Source: a virus. Taken from it: DNA of 63,002 bases. The stretch lies in the IMG/VR virus record IMGVR_UViG_3300045988_138661. One strand, written 5' to 3'. Below the pieces are notes generated by a model, which worked only from the letters and a program-made list of their open reading frames with translations, was not told the DNA's origin and ran no database searches. The position numbers and the translations under genes were made by a program. Positions 1-9,280 of this stretch are shown one piece after another. The stretch's first letter is position 1; every line of letters begins with the position of its first letter.

Positions 1-167
1 GAAAAATGATGCCTTATTTTTGGCTTACTCTTGGCGTTCTCGCCAAAGTGACCGGACGAACTGCCGGTGGTAATTATCGCTATGAAACGGTTGTCTCTAA
101 GGAAATCGGACTTGTGACCGCAGACTGGGTCAATACTCATCTGCTGTAAAAGAAAGGGGAAACAAAA

Positions 168-425
168 ATGAAAGTAAATTTTGGCACTAAGGGTCAGGTT
201 CAGATTATTAACATTCTCAGCGGTGGCACATTCACCGACCCGCGCACCAATGGTAACGGTATGGGAATGTATCTCAAAATTGACAGCCATAACAACACGC
301 CGTTTGTCCGGTCGAGAGGTTCGCAGTTTTGCTATGCTGTGAATCTTGAAACGGGTCAGATTCGCGAGTTCCCGCGCGAAAAGATGGTAACGCCAGTCAA
401 GACCGAGGTCAATGTAATTGGCTAA
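168..425 (+). CDS. hypothetical early protein (85 aa)
   Basis: ORF with RBS-like aaagggga upstream, TAA stop, followed by hairpin terminator. Confidence 0.55.
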   Translation: MKVNFGTKGQVQIINILSGGTFTDPRTNGNGMGMYLKIDSHNNTPFVRSRGSQFCYAVNLETGQIREFPREKMVTPVKTEVNVIG

Positions 426-433
426 AAGAAAAT

Positions 434-460
434 CTCCCCAAAAATGGGGAGATTTTTTTG
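434..460 (+). terminator. rho-independent terminator (ctccccaaaaatggggag + T-run)
   Basis: perfect inverted repeat followed by tttttttg seen in sequence. Confidence 0.7.
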
Positions 461-545
461 TTTACTTTGACTATTGACAAAGTTCCTTGAATGTGATATA
501 ATGGGCCGGCCGTTTCCGCGCGCTACGGCCGGAATTCACCATTAT
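457..545 (+). promoter_or_regulatory. sigma70-like promoter (ttgaca..17..tataat) immediately followed by GC-rich hairpin ccggccg-N15-cggccgg (copy a of 4)
   Basis: -35/-10 spacing and the inverted repeat read directly; paralogous copies at 2772, 4878, 5394. Confidence 0.55.
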
Positions 546-786
546 ACACCCTGCCAGCATTTTTGTCAAGAGAAATTTCGCACAAATTTCAATTTTATTT
601 TTTCCCGTTATTTGGTCATTTTACCAATAGACAAATCAAGACCAATCTGTTATACTACATAATGTCAGGAGGAAAGAGTAAGACCTACGGAAAGGCAGTT
701 CCCTTGACCATTATACCAGAAGCCGACACAAGGAATGTTCCAAGCGTGGCATGCCGAACAAACTTTCAAAAAAAAGTTTGAAAAAC

Positions 787-840
787 CCCTTGACAAACCG
801 CTCGACTTATGGTATAATGAATACATCAAATGAGAGAGGT
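787..840 (+). promoter_or_regulatory. sigma70-like promoter (cttgacaaa...tggtataat)
   Basis: TTGACA and TG-extended TATAAT with ~17 bp spacer. Confidence 0.5.
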
Positions 841-977
841 AAAAACAAGATGACTTCTAATGCTCGCCCACCGCCTTAAAAACTGATTTGATTTCTTGAC
901 TTAAAGATTGTAGATAGAGGTATAAACAAGATGTATAGTAATAAAGCTCGCGACCGCCCCTAAAAAAATTCGCAAAA

Positions 978-1036
978 CCTATTGACAACCTGCTCCGCAT
1001 ATGATATAATAACTACATCAAAGACAAGGACAGTCT
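978..1036 (+). promoter_or_regulatory. sigma70-like promoter upstream of 1062 CDS
   Basis: ttgacaacc ...17... tgatataat. Confidence 0.5.
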
Positions 1037-1061
1037 CAAAAACCAGAAAGGAATTGATACT

Positions 1062-1436
1062 ATGGCTACTTCTACTACTAAGAAGCTCACTAAGCGTGAC
1101 CGTTTCGAGGCTCTGCTCAAAATGTCCGAGGTTCAGGCAAATCCTGATATGGTGGCGTTCATCGAGCATGAGATTGAACTGCTCGCCAAGAAGAACGCGG
1201 GCGACAAGAAGCCCACGGCTAAGCAGATGGAGAACGACGCCGTGAAGCAGGTCATTCTGGACGAGATGATCGCAAACCCTGACAAGCTCTACACTGTAAC
1301 CGAACTCATCAAAGGCGTTCCCGAACTTGCGGAGTATTCCAATCAGCGCGTTTCCGCTCTTCTGCGCCAGATGATTGACGCCAACGCGGTTGTCAAGACG
1401 GTTGACAAGCGCAAGTCCTACTTCTCCCTCGCGTGA
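1062..1436 (+). CDS. hypothetical protein, paralog family A (124 aa)
   Basis: ORF; RBS gaaaggaattgatactATG identical to that of 3411 CDS; ~75 percent identical to 3411..3790 product. Confidence 0.7.
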   Translation: MATSTTKKLTKRDRFEALLKMSEVQANPDMVAFIEHEIELLAKKNAGDKKPTAKQMENDAVKQVILDEMIANPDKLYTVTELIKGVPELAEYSNQRVSALLRQMIDANAVVKTVDKRKSYFSLA

Positions 1437-1480
1437 GGGCAAGGGCAGGGGATAAAAAAAATCCCCTGCCCTATAAAAAA

Positions 1481-1560
1481 ACTGTTGACAAACCAATAGC
1501 AAAGTGCTATACTATTATCAGAGGTTGAGAGAACGATGGTAAATCTCAATCTACTTTTCC
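1481..1560 (+). promoter_or_regulatory. promoter (ttgacaaacc..tgctatact) plus conserved 5-prime UTR stem-loop ggttgagagaacgatggtaaatctcaatc
   Basis: motif repeated at 4372-4400 ahead of another CDS; ttgaga/tctcaa inverted repeat. Confidence 0.45.
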
Positions 1561-1576
1561 AATAGGAGATGGTAAA

Positions 1577-2353
1577 ATGGGTATTGATAGGCGCAAAAAC
1601 TACGGCATTATGCTGGACACGGAAACCGCAAACACCATTCAAGACGGCGATAAGCTGGATATGTCAAATGTGCTTCCATACGACTTCGGCTGGGCGGTCA
1701 TTGATTCCAAGGGAAATGTTTATGAAACTCATTCTTTTGTGAATCGCGATATTTTCTGCTACGAGCGCGACCTCATGCAGTCTGCCTACTACGCCGACAA
1801 AATTCCCCGCTATGTCGAGGATATTAAGAACGGCACTCGCATTATGGCTGACCTTTACGAAATTCGTCTTGCATTCTGTGAATGTGTCGAGCGTTATAAC
1901 TGCTCTTTTGTCTGCGCTCATAATATGCGGTTCGACCTTAACGCCTGTAATAACGCGCAAAGATGGGATACGAAAAGCAAGTATCGCTATTTTTTCCCCT
2001 ACGGCCTTGAAGTTTGGGACACGCTGAAAATGGCGCGACAGGTTATTGGCAAAATGCCCACTTACCGCGACTATTGCGAAAAGAATGGCTACAAGACCAA
2101 AAACGGACAGCTCCGTTTTACAGCAGAAATTCTTTACCGCTTTATCAGCGGTGAAGATAGTTTTGATGAGTCCCACACGGGACTTGAAGATGTCCTCATT
2201 GAAGTTGAGATTTTGCGCTATTGCGTCCGACAGCACAAGAAAATGGAAAAGTCCCTTTTCAAAAATTCCACGGTGGAACGCCCTAAGCCTACCGAGTTTC
2301 AGCGCGCGCTCATGCGAAACATTAAGGAAAATCCTATGATAAACATGAGCTAA
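1577..2353 (+). CDS. DEDD-family 3-5 exonuclease (DnaQ/RNase T-like), 258 aa
   Basis: Exo I MLDTETAN, Exo II AHNMRFDLN, Exo III HTGLEDV motifs in order. Confidence 0.7.
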   Translation: MGIDRRKNYGIMLDTETANTIQDGDKLDMSNVLPYDFGWAVIDSKGNVYETHSFVNRDIFCYERDLMQSAYYADKIPRYVEDIKNGTRIMADLYEIRLAFCECVERYNCSFVCAHNMRFDLNACNNAQRWDTKSKYRYFFPYGLEVWDTLKMARQVIGKMPTYRDYCEKNGYKTKNGQLRFTAEILYRFISGEDSFDESHTGLEDVLIEVEILRYCVRQHKKMEKSLFKNSTVERPKPTEFQRALMRNIKENPMINMS

Positions 2354-2411
2354 AAAAATAGGGAATAGGGCTTGACAAGTCCTATTCCCTATGGTATAAT
2401 CAATACATCAA

Positions 2412-2708
2412 ATGAAAGAGGTGTTCCACATGACTGCTAAACAAGTCCTTTTTGTAGTCCCCGATGAAAATGACCCTCACATGGGCATTTTAATCAACCA
2501 TGACTATGTTATCTGCGCTGAATGCGGTGGCGTCTTTGAAGTCGATGAGGTTTTCATCATCAAGACCTATGACGTTTGGGTAAACTTTGAAGACGAAATT
2601 GCGGACGAGCTTGACCTGCTGACCGCAAAAGACATTGGCAAAGAGCTGAATAGCAAGGGAGAATCCGGTCGTTACGCATGGAAAGAAGCAATTAAGAGGG
2701 AGTTTTGA
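2412..2708 (+). CDS. hypothetical protein (98 aa)
   Basis: ORF after promoter cttgacaagtc..tggtataat and RBS gaaagaggtg. Confidence 0.6.
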   Translation: MKEVFHMTAKQVLFVVPDENDPHMGILINHDYVICAECGGVFEVDEVFIIKTYDVWVNFEDEIADELDLLTAKDIGKELNSKGESGRYAWKEAIKREF

Positions 2709-2746
2709 AAATGGATTTGGATTTCCACCTGCTGGAATAAATAAAA

Positions 2747-2777
2747 AACTGCCCAAAAATGGGCAGTTTTTTTTTGT
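2747..2777 (+). terminator. rho-independent terminator (ctgcccaaaaatgggcag + T9)
   Basis: inverted repeat plus T-run. Confidence 0.7.
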
Positions 2778-2860
2778 CTATTTTGCCTATTGACAAATGC
2801 GGATTTTTGTGATAAAATGGTCGGCCCGCTAACGCCCAAAGCGGGCCGAACTCACCATTA
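2772..2860 (+). promoter_or_regulatory. promoter plus GC hairpin, copy b (ggtcggcccgct...agcgggccgaac)
   Basis: same architecture and downstream conserved tcaccattatac...ttttgtcaagagaaa as copy a. Confidence 0.5.
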
Positions 2861-3410
2861 TACCACGCCCCGCCAATTTTGTCAAGAGAAAAGTTGCACA
2901 AAAATGAAAAAAATTTTTTCCCGTAATTTGGCTATTCTGTCAATTGTATTCTGTGGGCAATCTGCTATAATAGATAATGTCAGGAGGGAACAGTGAATTG
3001 CCGAACGGCTTCGCTGATGGGTGTGATAACTCGGTAACTGACCCGTTTTCAAAGAAATTTGAAATTCCCTCTTGACAAACCCCTGCGAGTGTGCTACAAT
3101 AGAAAATGTCAAGAGGGAGTAGCCCAAGAAATCCGAGGGCGCGCGACCTTGAGAAAGTACAGGAAGTAAACATAATACACCACGTTGTAAAGCCAAACGT
3201 TGAACGCGAAAGTGAGTGAGAGTGAGCCAGCTATACTTGAAGCGATTTTCGCTGACAGATAGACTGAGCCAACGGGCAATACCTTATCCGTCAGGTCGGG
3301 GTAGTAATTCGTGTAAAAAGTTTGCGAAACCTCTTGACAAACATTTCAAAGTGTGGTACACTTAATATATCAAAAGGGTAGCGACCTACCGCCAAAGAAA
3401 GGAATTGATA

Positions 3411-3790
3411 CTATGTCTACTTCTACTACTAAGAAGCTCACTAAGCGCGACCGTTTCGAGGCTCTGCTCAAGATGTCCGAGGTTCAGGCTGACCCCGCCA
3501 TGGTTGAGTTTATCAATCACGAGATTGACCTGCTGGCTCGCAAGAATGCCGGTGATAAGAAGCCGACCGCGAATCAGATTGCCAACGATGGTTACAAGGA
3601 CATTATCTTTGCCGAGCTGTCCGCCAATCCTGACAAGCTCTACACTGTGACCGAACTCATTAAGACTGTGGACGGTTTGGGTGACCTCTCCAATCAGCGC
3701 GTCTCCGCTCTTCTGCGTCAGATGATTGAAGCGAACGGTGTCGAGAAGATTGTCGACAAGCGCAAGTCCTATTTCCGTCTCGCCCACTGA
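3411..3790 (+). CDS. hypothetical protein, paralog family A (126 aa)
   Basis: start chosen at ATG after shared RBS gaaaggaattgatact, rather than the ORF-track start 3353. Confidence 0.7.
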
Positions 3791-3890
3791 TTCAGCGGGA
3801 GCGCCTAAAAAAAATTAGGCGCTCCCAAAAATTTCTCTTGACATTTGCTAACGGCGGTGTTATAATCATACTTGAAAGGGGGCAAAGAAA

Positions 3891-4298
3891 ATGCCTAAAA
3901 TGAGTGAAAAAGACTTTCAGGCAAAGATTGATAATCTGATGAAAAAGTTGGATTGTACTGCCGAGGAAGCAAAAGAAATTCTCATGGACGATGATGACAT
4001 TGACCATGGAATTGCCAAAGATTTTGACCTGTCCGCGGAAAAGCTCAAAGAAGCTAACAAGTACTCTAAGACTGGAACGCGCAAAGCGCCGACCGCTTAT
4101 AAGTTTGAGAAGCGACAGCGCAAGGAAAATCCCACAAAACGCTCGATTATCGCTGAACTTGCAACTTTTTTGCGTGAAAACAGCGAAAATGCGTGTGAAA
4201 ACGTGGAAATCACGAACATTGAACGCATGATTGCGTTCCATGTGGGCGAAAATGACTATGAATTGACCCTGATTCAGAAGCGAAAGCCCAAAAACTGA
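3891..4298 (+). CDS. hypothetical protein (135 aa)
   Basis: promoter tcttgacattt..tgttataat, RBS aagggggc, TGA stop, terminator follows. Confidence 0.6.
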   Translation: MPKMSEKDFQAKIDNLMKKLDCTAEEAKEILMDDDDIDHGIAKDFDLSAEKLKEANKYSKTGTRKAPTAYKFEKRQRKENPTKRSIIAELATFLRENSENACENVEITNIERMIAFHVGENDYELTLIQKRKPKN

Positions 4299-4311
4299 CA
4301 AAAAAGGGTGA

Positions 4312-4342
4312 AAAACCGCTGAAAAATGCGGTTTTTCACCCG
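4312..4342 (+). terminator. rho-independent terminator (aaaaaccgctgaaaaatgcggttttt)
   Basis: inverted repeat seen. Confidence 0.6.
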
Positions 4343-4415
4343 AAAACAAGTCAAAAAATGCAAAAAATAATGGTTGAGAGAACGATGGTAAACCTCAATC
4401 AATAGAGAGGATTTT

Positions 4416-4832
4416 GTGTCAATGGAAAAGATTACTATTAAACTACGCCGATTTAAGGACGGTAGACCGCCTGTTTCAATGGAGTTTATGCCCGATTGTG
4501 GCGAGAATCTGAAAGACGTTCAAGCGGTCTACTTTTTCAAGTTTTACAACAACAACAAACTTGAATTTAATAAAGTAGGCACTTCCGCAAAAGACGTTGT
4601 AGGGCGCTTGCGTGATGAAATCGGCGAGTATTCAAAAAAGTATCCTATCACGCGAGTTGAAATTCATCGAATCCGCTCTTGCGGAGACTACCCCGCCGAG
4701 GGCGCGGAAAGCGCGTTGCGTGCGGAACTGATTAGACGCTATCCCAAAGCGTTTAGAAAGAATGACCGCTTTTTTAATGTGGACATTAGCCCCACGGTGT
4801 TCGATGAAATCGTAAGCGCATTTCTTGCATAA
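4416..4832 (+). CDS. hypothetical protein (138 aa)
   Basis: preceded by the ggttgagagaacgatggtaaacctcaatc UTR motif; TAA stop; terminator follows. Confidence 0.6.
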   Translation: MSMEKITIKLRRFKDGRPPVSMEFMPDCGENLKDVQAVYFFKFYNNNKLEFNKVGTSAKDVVGRLRDEIGEYSKKYPITRVEIHRIRSCGDYPAEGAESALRAELIRRYPKAFRKNDRFFNVDISPTVFDEIVSAFLA

Positions 4833-4842
4833 ATATTCAATC

Positions 4843-4872
4843 AGCAGGTTGACTAAAACCTGCTGATTTTTT
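4843..4872 (+). terminator. rho-independent terminator (cagcaggtt...aacctgctg + T8)
   Basis: inverted repeat plus T-run. Confidence 0.7.
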
Positions 4873-4877
4873 TTGTG

Positions 4878-4960
4878 CATTTTGCCTATTGACAAGCGGG
4901 GAAAAGTGTGGTATAATTGGCCGGCCGTAAACTGACGCCACGGCCGGAATTTCGTATCAA
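4878..4960 (+). promoter_or_regulatory. promoter plus GC hairpin, copy c (ttggccggccgt...acggccggaa)
   Basis: ttgacaagc..tggtataat then inverted GC repeat. Confidence 0.5.
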
Positions 4961-5066
4961 TAGGCAAGTTCAACAATTTTTGAGCGAAATGTTTGTGCAT
5001 TTTGTCTATTGATTTTATCCCGAAAATGTAGTATCTTATAATTACAGAAAGGGAGAGTGATACAAA

Positions 5067-5192
5067 ATGCGGTGTGTTGAATGTCCGTACTACTACTGGA
5101 ATGACTACGTGGAGATGGAAATCTGCCATGCTGACCCCAACTGGCCCGCCCCTTGCGAATACGATGATGAACCAGAGGAGGAAGAAAAATGA
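5067..5192 (+). CDS. small Cys-rich acidic protein (41 aa)
   Basis: RBS aaagggagag; CxxC pairs; below ORF-track cutoff. Confidence 0.4.
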   Translation: MRCVECPYYYWNDYVEMEICHADPNWPAPCEYDDEPEEEEK

Positions 5193-5344
5193 AACATTAT
5201 CATTGCCCTGTAAATGGTTGGGATTGTCCTTACTACACAGACGACCCTCAGCCTTGTATGTGTACGCTGGAAGACCCATTCCACGATTGCGATGATTTCG
5301 CATCGATGTGGGATGAAGATGATGATTACACAGATTATGATTAA
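5189..5344 (+). CDS. small Cys-rich acidic protein (51 aa)
   Basis: ATG overlaps upstream TGA; RBS gaggagga; CP..C motifs. Confidence 0.4.
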   Translation: MKHYHCPVNGWDCPYYTDDPQPCMCTLEDPFHDCDDFASMWDEDDDYTDYD

Positions 5345-5349
5345 AATTT

Positions 5350-5390
5350 TCGGGCAGAAAAATCTGCCCGAATTTTTTTTTGTGTAAAAT
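5350..5390 (+). terminator. rho-independent terminator (cgggcagaaaaatctgcccg + T-run)
   Basis: inverted repeat plus T-run. Confidence 0.6.
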
Positions 5391-5393
5391 GCC

Positions 5394-5480
5394 TATTGAC
5401 AAAGCCTGCGGTTTGTGGTATAATAAAGGCGGGGCTGGCCGGGCCGGGGTGGGACGTCCCGGCCCGATTTCCCGATCGGT
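5394..5480 (+). promoter_or_regulatory. promoter plus GC hairpin, copy d (ggccgggccgg...ccggcccg)
   Basis: ttgacaaagc..tggtataat then GC inverted repeat. Confidence 0.45.
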
Positions 5481-5745
5481 ATACCCATATGCGAAATTTT
5501 TCATACTTCTAGCACCTCTCCATATGGCCCAAAAAAATCCCGAAAATTGACTTTTTATAAAAAATATGTTATAATGATAAAAAAAGACTTTTTTAAGCCC
5601 GCGTAGGATCATATGCCTTTATGATTAATTAAAAATTGCTTCGCCCTTACATTGTTTCACGCGTATGTTTTCATTCAAAAAAATCTTGACATTTTTAAAA
5701 AAAAAGTATATAATATATATAGAAAATAAGAAAAGAGGTATTCAT

Positions 5746-6123
5746 ATGGATATGAATGATATTGTTGCTCGTCTGAAAAATGGTGAGGACGCTCAGACTA
5801 TTGCGGACGAGATGGAAAATGCTCTGAATGATGCGATTAAGCAGGTGGAGAAGGAAACCAAGCAGGCCGATCGGAAGACCGCGCTCGCGCAAGAAATCGC
5901 CGATCGGATTAACGAGTATGCCGCTCTTAATGGCCACAAGGATTCCGCGTTGACCGCGTCCGATGTGGAGACTATCTTTGCTGAGGTTTACGGTCTTATG
6001 AACGGGGTCAACGATCTTATTGACGCGCTTTTCCCCAAGAGCACACAGGTAAAGGTTAAGAAGGTCAAGAAAACTGATGATGATGTAATTGCCGAGTTTT
6101 TGAACACTTTCATTAATAAGTGA
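5746..6123 (+). CDS. hypothetical protein (125 aa)
   Basis: first copy of AT-rich promoter-leader consensus upstream (5686-5745); start at ATG after RBS agaggt. Confidence 0.55.
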   Translation: MDMNDIVARLKNGEDAQTIADEMENALNDAIKQVEKETKQADRKTALAQEIADRINEYAALNGHKDSALTASDVETIFAEVYGLMNGVNDLIDALFPKSTQVKVKKVKKTDDDVIAEFLNTFINK

Positions 6124-6185
6124 ACAATGTGTCGGGTGAGATATTTTTCATCCTAAGAATTGACAATTTCACCAAGAATTGCCTA

Positions 6186-6226
6186 ATATGAAAGAAGAGA
6201 GACTAAAAAAAGTCTCTCTTTTTTTT
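6186..6226 (+). terminator. rho-independent terminator (agagagacttttttt agtctctctt + T-run)
   Basis: inverted repeat seen. Confidence 0.6.
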
Positions 6227-6467
6227 AGGTTCGGAGATCGGAGACGGGAAAAAGTGGTTGGTGGTTTAGTAAAACCGATCGGCACCACACTCTCGCAATT
6301 TTCGCTATTTTAGCAATTTCTACAATTATTCCACGTCGTCCGAATTATCCAAACCTTTAATTACTATCCAAAAGCGAATCAACCAATATAGGTCTATTAA
6401 CGGTCTCTTCCAGCGTTCCATAGGCAATATCCAACAGCCACACCAATTAAAAACCAAATAATACCAC

Positions 6468-6872
6468 TCATACAAGCAACTCCTCCAACTTTGTCTTAAA
6501 TACACTATCAAGAATGTCATCAGCAAGCGTTCTCTTACTGAGATCCACATCTTCTGATCCAGAAGCAACCCCATTAACGAGGGCGCTTGTGTCCGAAGTC
6601 GTCTGCGGCTGCTTCTCAAACGCGGGCTTCACATATCTATATTCATTCTCGATATATTCTATCTTACCTTGCTCAGTAATTCGACCAAGAACCTTACCAT
6701 TAAAAACCAACTTATTACAGTCATCCCAAATAAGATATGCGCCTTGCGTATTCTCCCTATTAAAAAACTCTTTCTTAGTAGTAGCAATTACATTCCAATT
6801 GCGGAAAACGCCTACCTTTTCTCCATTATTCTTTTTCAGTTCTTCAGTTGTAAATTTCATTTCAGTTTTCAA
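6468..6872 (-). CDS. hypothetical protein (134 aa), minus strand
   Basis: ORF with RBS aagga ~12 nt upstream on minus strand. Confidence 0.5.
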   Translation of the reverse strand: MKTEMKFTTEELKKNNGEKVGVFRNWNVIATTKKEFFNRENTQGAYLIWDDCNKLVFNGKVLGRITEQGKIEYIENEYRYVKPAFEKQPQTTSDTSALVNGVASGSEDVDLSKRTLADDILDSVFKTKLEELLV

Positions 6873-7016
6873 ATCCTTACTTTCATTTCATTTTTTGAAT
6901 AGTTCCCCGAGACAAATACCCCTGCTTTACGCAGAAATAACCTACCCCGGTATTCCATTTTAAAATTATATTTCTTTCTTTTATTATTTATATTATAATA
7001 TATTATTTATTATAAA

Positions 7017-7262
7017 TCAAATAAACTCCTAAAGAAATGGATTTTCTTCTATTGATTCAGGTCTATCCTCATATTTCATTTTAATTGGTTTTGTACTATC
7101 TGGAACAACAAAATAAATAGTATTATCTTTCATATATAAATCAGGTTTTATCATATTTGTTTTATCTATCATCTTATCAAACTATTCTTGCGTTCCTCTT
7201 ACAAATCTTACTATTGAAGGATTGCCTTTTCCGCCCCTTACTTCTTCATAATTATATTCCAT
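7017..7262 (-). CDS. hypothetical small protein, readable only if one in-frame TAG is sense
   Basis: strong RBS aaaggagt before ATG (complement 7262-7260); TAG in frame; ends TGA. Confidence 0.35.
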
Positions 7263-7349
7263 TACTTTTTACTCCTTTTGCTCTCATTACTGCCCCTGAA
7301 TTACCCAGCCGATATATATTAAATATTATCTATTATATATATATTAATA

Positions 7350-7600
7350 GGAACTTTTTGTTCCGAAAATATAGGCAATTCGGAACTAACGGTTCCAAAC
7401 ATAAGGGGCATTTTGGAACTAACGGTTCCGCAGTCCCTAATAATTCATCACGTTTTAAATGAATGGAACTAACGGTTCCGAATTTAATGTTAAAATTCAA
7501 ATTTGTCTTCTTTCGGAACTTTTTGTTCCACTTTACTATTATTAATTATCTATTTTTGAATAACAACCTATCCCTTCGGAACTTTTTGTTCCAGAAAATC
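7350..7600. repeat. cluster of about 7 GGAAC-N5/6-GTTCC palindromes (ggaactaacggttcc x3, ggaactttttgttcc x4)
   Basis: read directly in sequence; AT-rich non-coding context between divergent gene blocks. Confidence 0.7.
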
Positions 7601-7921
7601 ATTACAATTATCATAAAAATCATATTTTCCTTCCGCGGTTTCGACTAAATAGTTATTATTCTTTAAATCATTTATACCAGCATCAATAGCCTTGCGGACT
7701 GCCCTTGCTTCACTCGCCTTTGAATAATCTTTTCCTAACCAATTGGCATAAGCGGTCGGATTCATAGTCCAAACAAAATTATTAGTATTACCAGCTAAAT
7801 ATAAATATAATCTTAAACCATTCAATGTTAAACTCCCAGTAGCCTAACCCAACGTAGGAGTGTTTATTGAAGTAAAATTACCACTCTATAAAACTTCTTT
7901 ATGAATCTTAAATAGGCTCAT
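7568..7921 (-). CDS. hypothetical protein, about 117 aa with two in-frame TAG codons (ORF track shows only 7568..7825)
   Basis: ATG (complement 7921-7919) overlaps the TAA of the upstream minus-strand gene; in frame with the track ORF. Confidence 0.45.
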
Positions 7922-8097
7922 TATTTCTTGCCCATTAATTCATCCAGAGCCTAAACTAACTCCGGAGTCTTTTCATATATCCAACACATAAAGTTAGGCT
8001 TCCGCGGATTTGCGGTTGTTGTTATTGGATATATTCCTTTCTTTTCTAATTCTAAATATATTCTTAATGAATATATAATTTTATTGGCATTTGGCAT
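7921..8097 (-). CDS. hypothetical small protein (~58 aa) with one in-frame TAG
   Basis: RBS aaggagtcgctaatATG on minus strand. Confidence 0.35.
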
Positions 8098-8110
8098 ATT
8101 AGCGACTCCT

Positions 8111-8624
8111 TTAAGCAATTAAAATATTATTCTAAATATTTAAATGGAGCCAATCTTGATACTTTTTTATTATGTTCCGATTGAAAAATATAATCTAATG
8201 GAAGTTGAATTCCATCTTTAATCGGATAAGCATAAAATTCGAGACAATCTTTACGCTCTCTTAGGTATCCATGATGAACTAATAAGTCAAAATTAAATAC
8301 AATATCTTCTATATCTTTACAATACTAAATATCTGTATTTAAGATATCATTAAAATGAATATAATCTCCATCCTTTTTATTCATTACATAACACCATAAC
8401 TCAAAGTTAATATAATAAGCGAATGTGTATGTAAATAAATAAAGCGGAACTCCATTATATGCTTTATGTGAAGCCAAAGGCGGAATCTCTCTATTTATTT
8501 TAATAGGTTTAGTAAAATCTAATACTGCTCCTGTTTCATATAAATCATAATTATCAGGACTATTTTTTATAACTTGATAATGTTCCTTTTCAGCAATCTA
8601 TTCAATATCTTTAACCGCTCTCAT
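8111..8624 (-). CDS. hypothetical protein (~170 aa) with in-frame TAG codons
   Basis: manual translation of minus strand gives a continuous non-low-complexity protein once TAG is read through. Confidence 0.4.
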
Positions 8625-9081
8625 ACTACCTTTCTTATAATAGTATTTGTCGTGGAAAAAAGTTATCAATTCCTTTTTAGTCAATTTATAAGTCCTCCTC
8701 CTTTTCTTTTTAATTGTTCTATAATAAATAAAAATTTTTTTAATACTTTTAATTGCGTTTGCCCACAAATTTTTAAATATTTTTCTAAAAGTAATAATTT
8801 GTCTTACATTTTAATACAAAATGGTAAAAATTTTCTACAATTTTAACTAACGCGGTTTTCCCGTCTAATGTTCCTTCTATCCTAAGCATAGCGATCTCTA
8901 ATATCTACATAAGCGACTATGAAAAATTGCCTACAATTTTTACCTATTTTAATTACATTTAATATGTTTGCCCAAGCGCTTTTATTTTTTATTTAATTCA
9001 AAAAACATTTATTGATTTTTATTAAATTTTAATATATAATATAAATATAAAATAAAGAAAAACTATTAAAGGTGATAAAAA

Positions 9082-9279
9082 ATGCTAGCTAAACTTATTG
9101 ATAATCAAGGTCAAACTCATATCATCAATACGACCCATATTCATTCAATTTCCGTAAAGAATTCTGGGTCGGATAAACTTGTGATGGTTTTTTGGGACAA
9201 TGAAACAAAAACCGCGTATTATGTAAAACCCACTGAGTATAGCACTTTTATCAATTCTATTTTTAAGGAGGATAAGTAA
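9082..9279 (+). CDS. hypothetical protein (65 aa)
   Basis: RBS aaaggtga; first gene of a long plus-strand array. Confidence 0.55.
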   Translation: MLAKLIDNQGQTHIINTTHIHSISVKNSGSDKLVMVFWDNETKTAYYVKPTEYSTFINSIFKEDK

Positions 9280-9280
9280 T

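Noticed and set aside
960-1502. minus-strand ORFs antisense to early plus genes (also 1664..2236, 3386..3787, 3792..4349)
   Set aside because: Each overlaps a promoter-RBS-supported plus-strand gene with a terminator; no RBS on the minus strand.
4632-5612. 326-aa minus-strand ORF
   Set aside because: Runs antisense through two promoter/terminator cassettes and the small plus-strand Cys-rich genes; GC-rich region makes long spurious antisense frames likely.
7157-7648. plus-strand ORFs 7157..7462 and 7463..7648
   Set aside because: Low-complexity Leu/Phe/Ile-rich translations of AT-rich DNA overlapping the palindrome cluster; no RBS.
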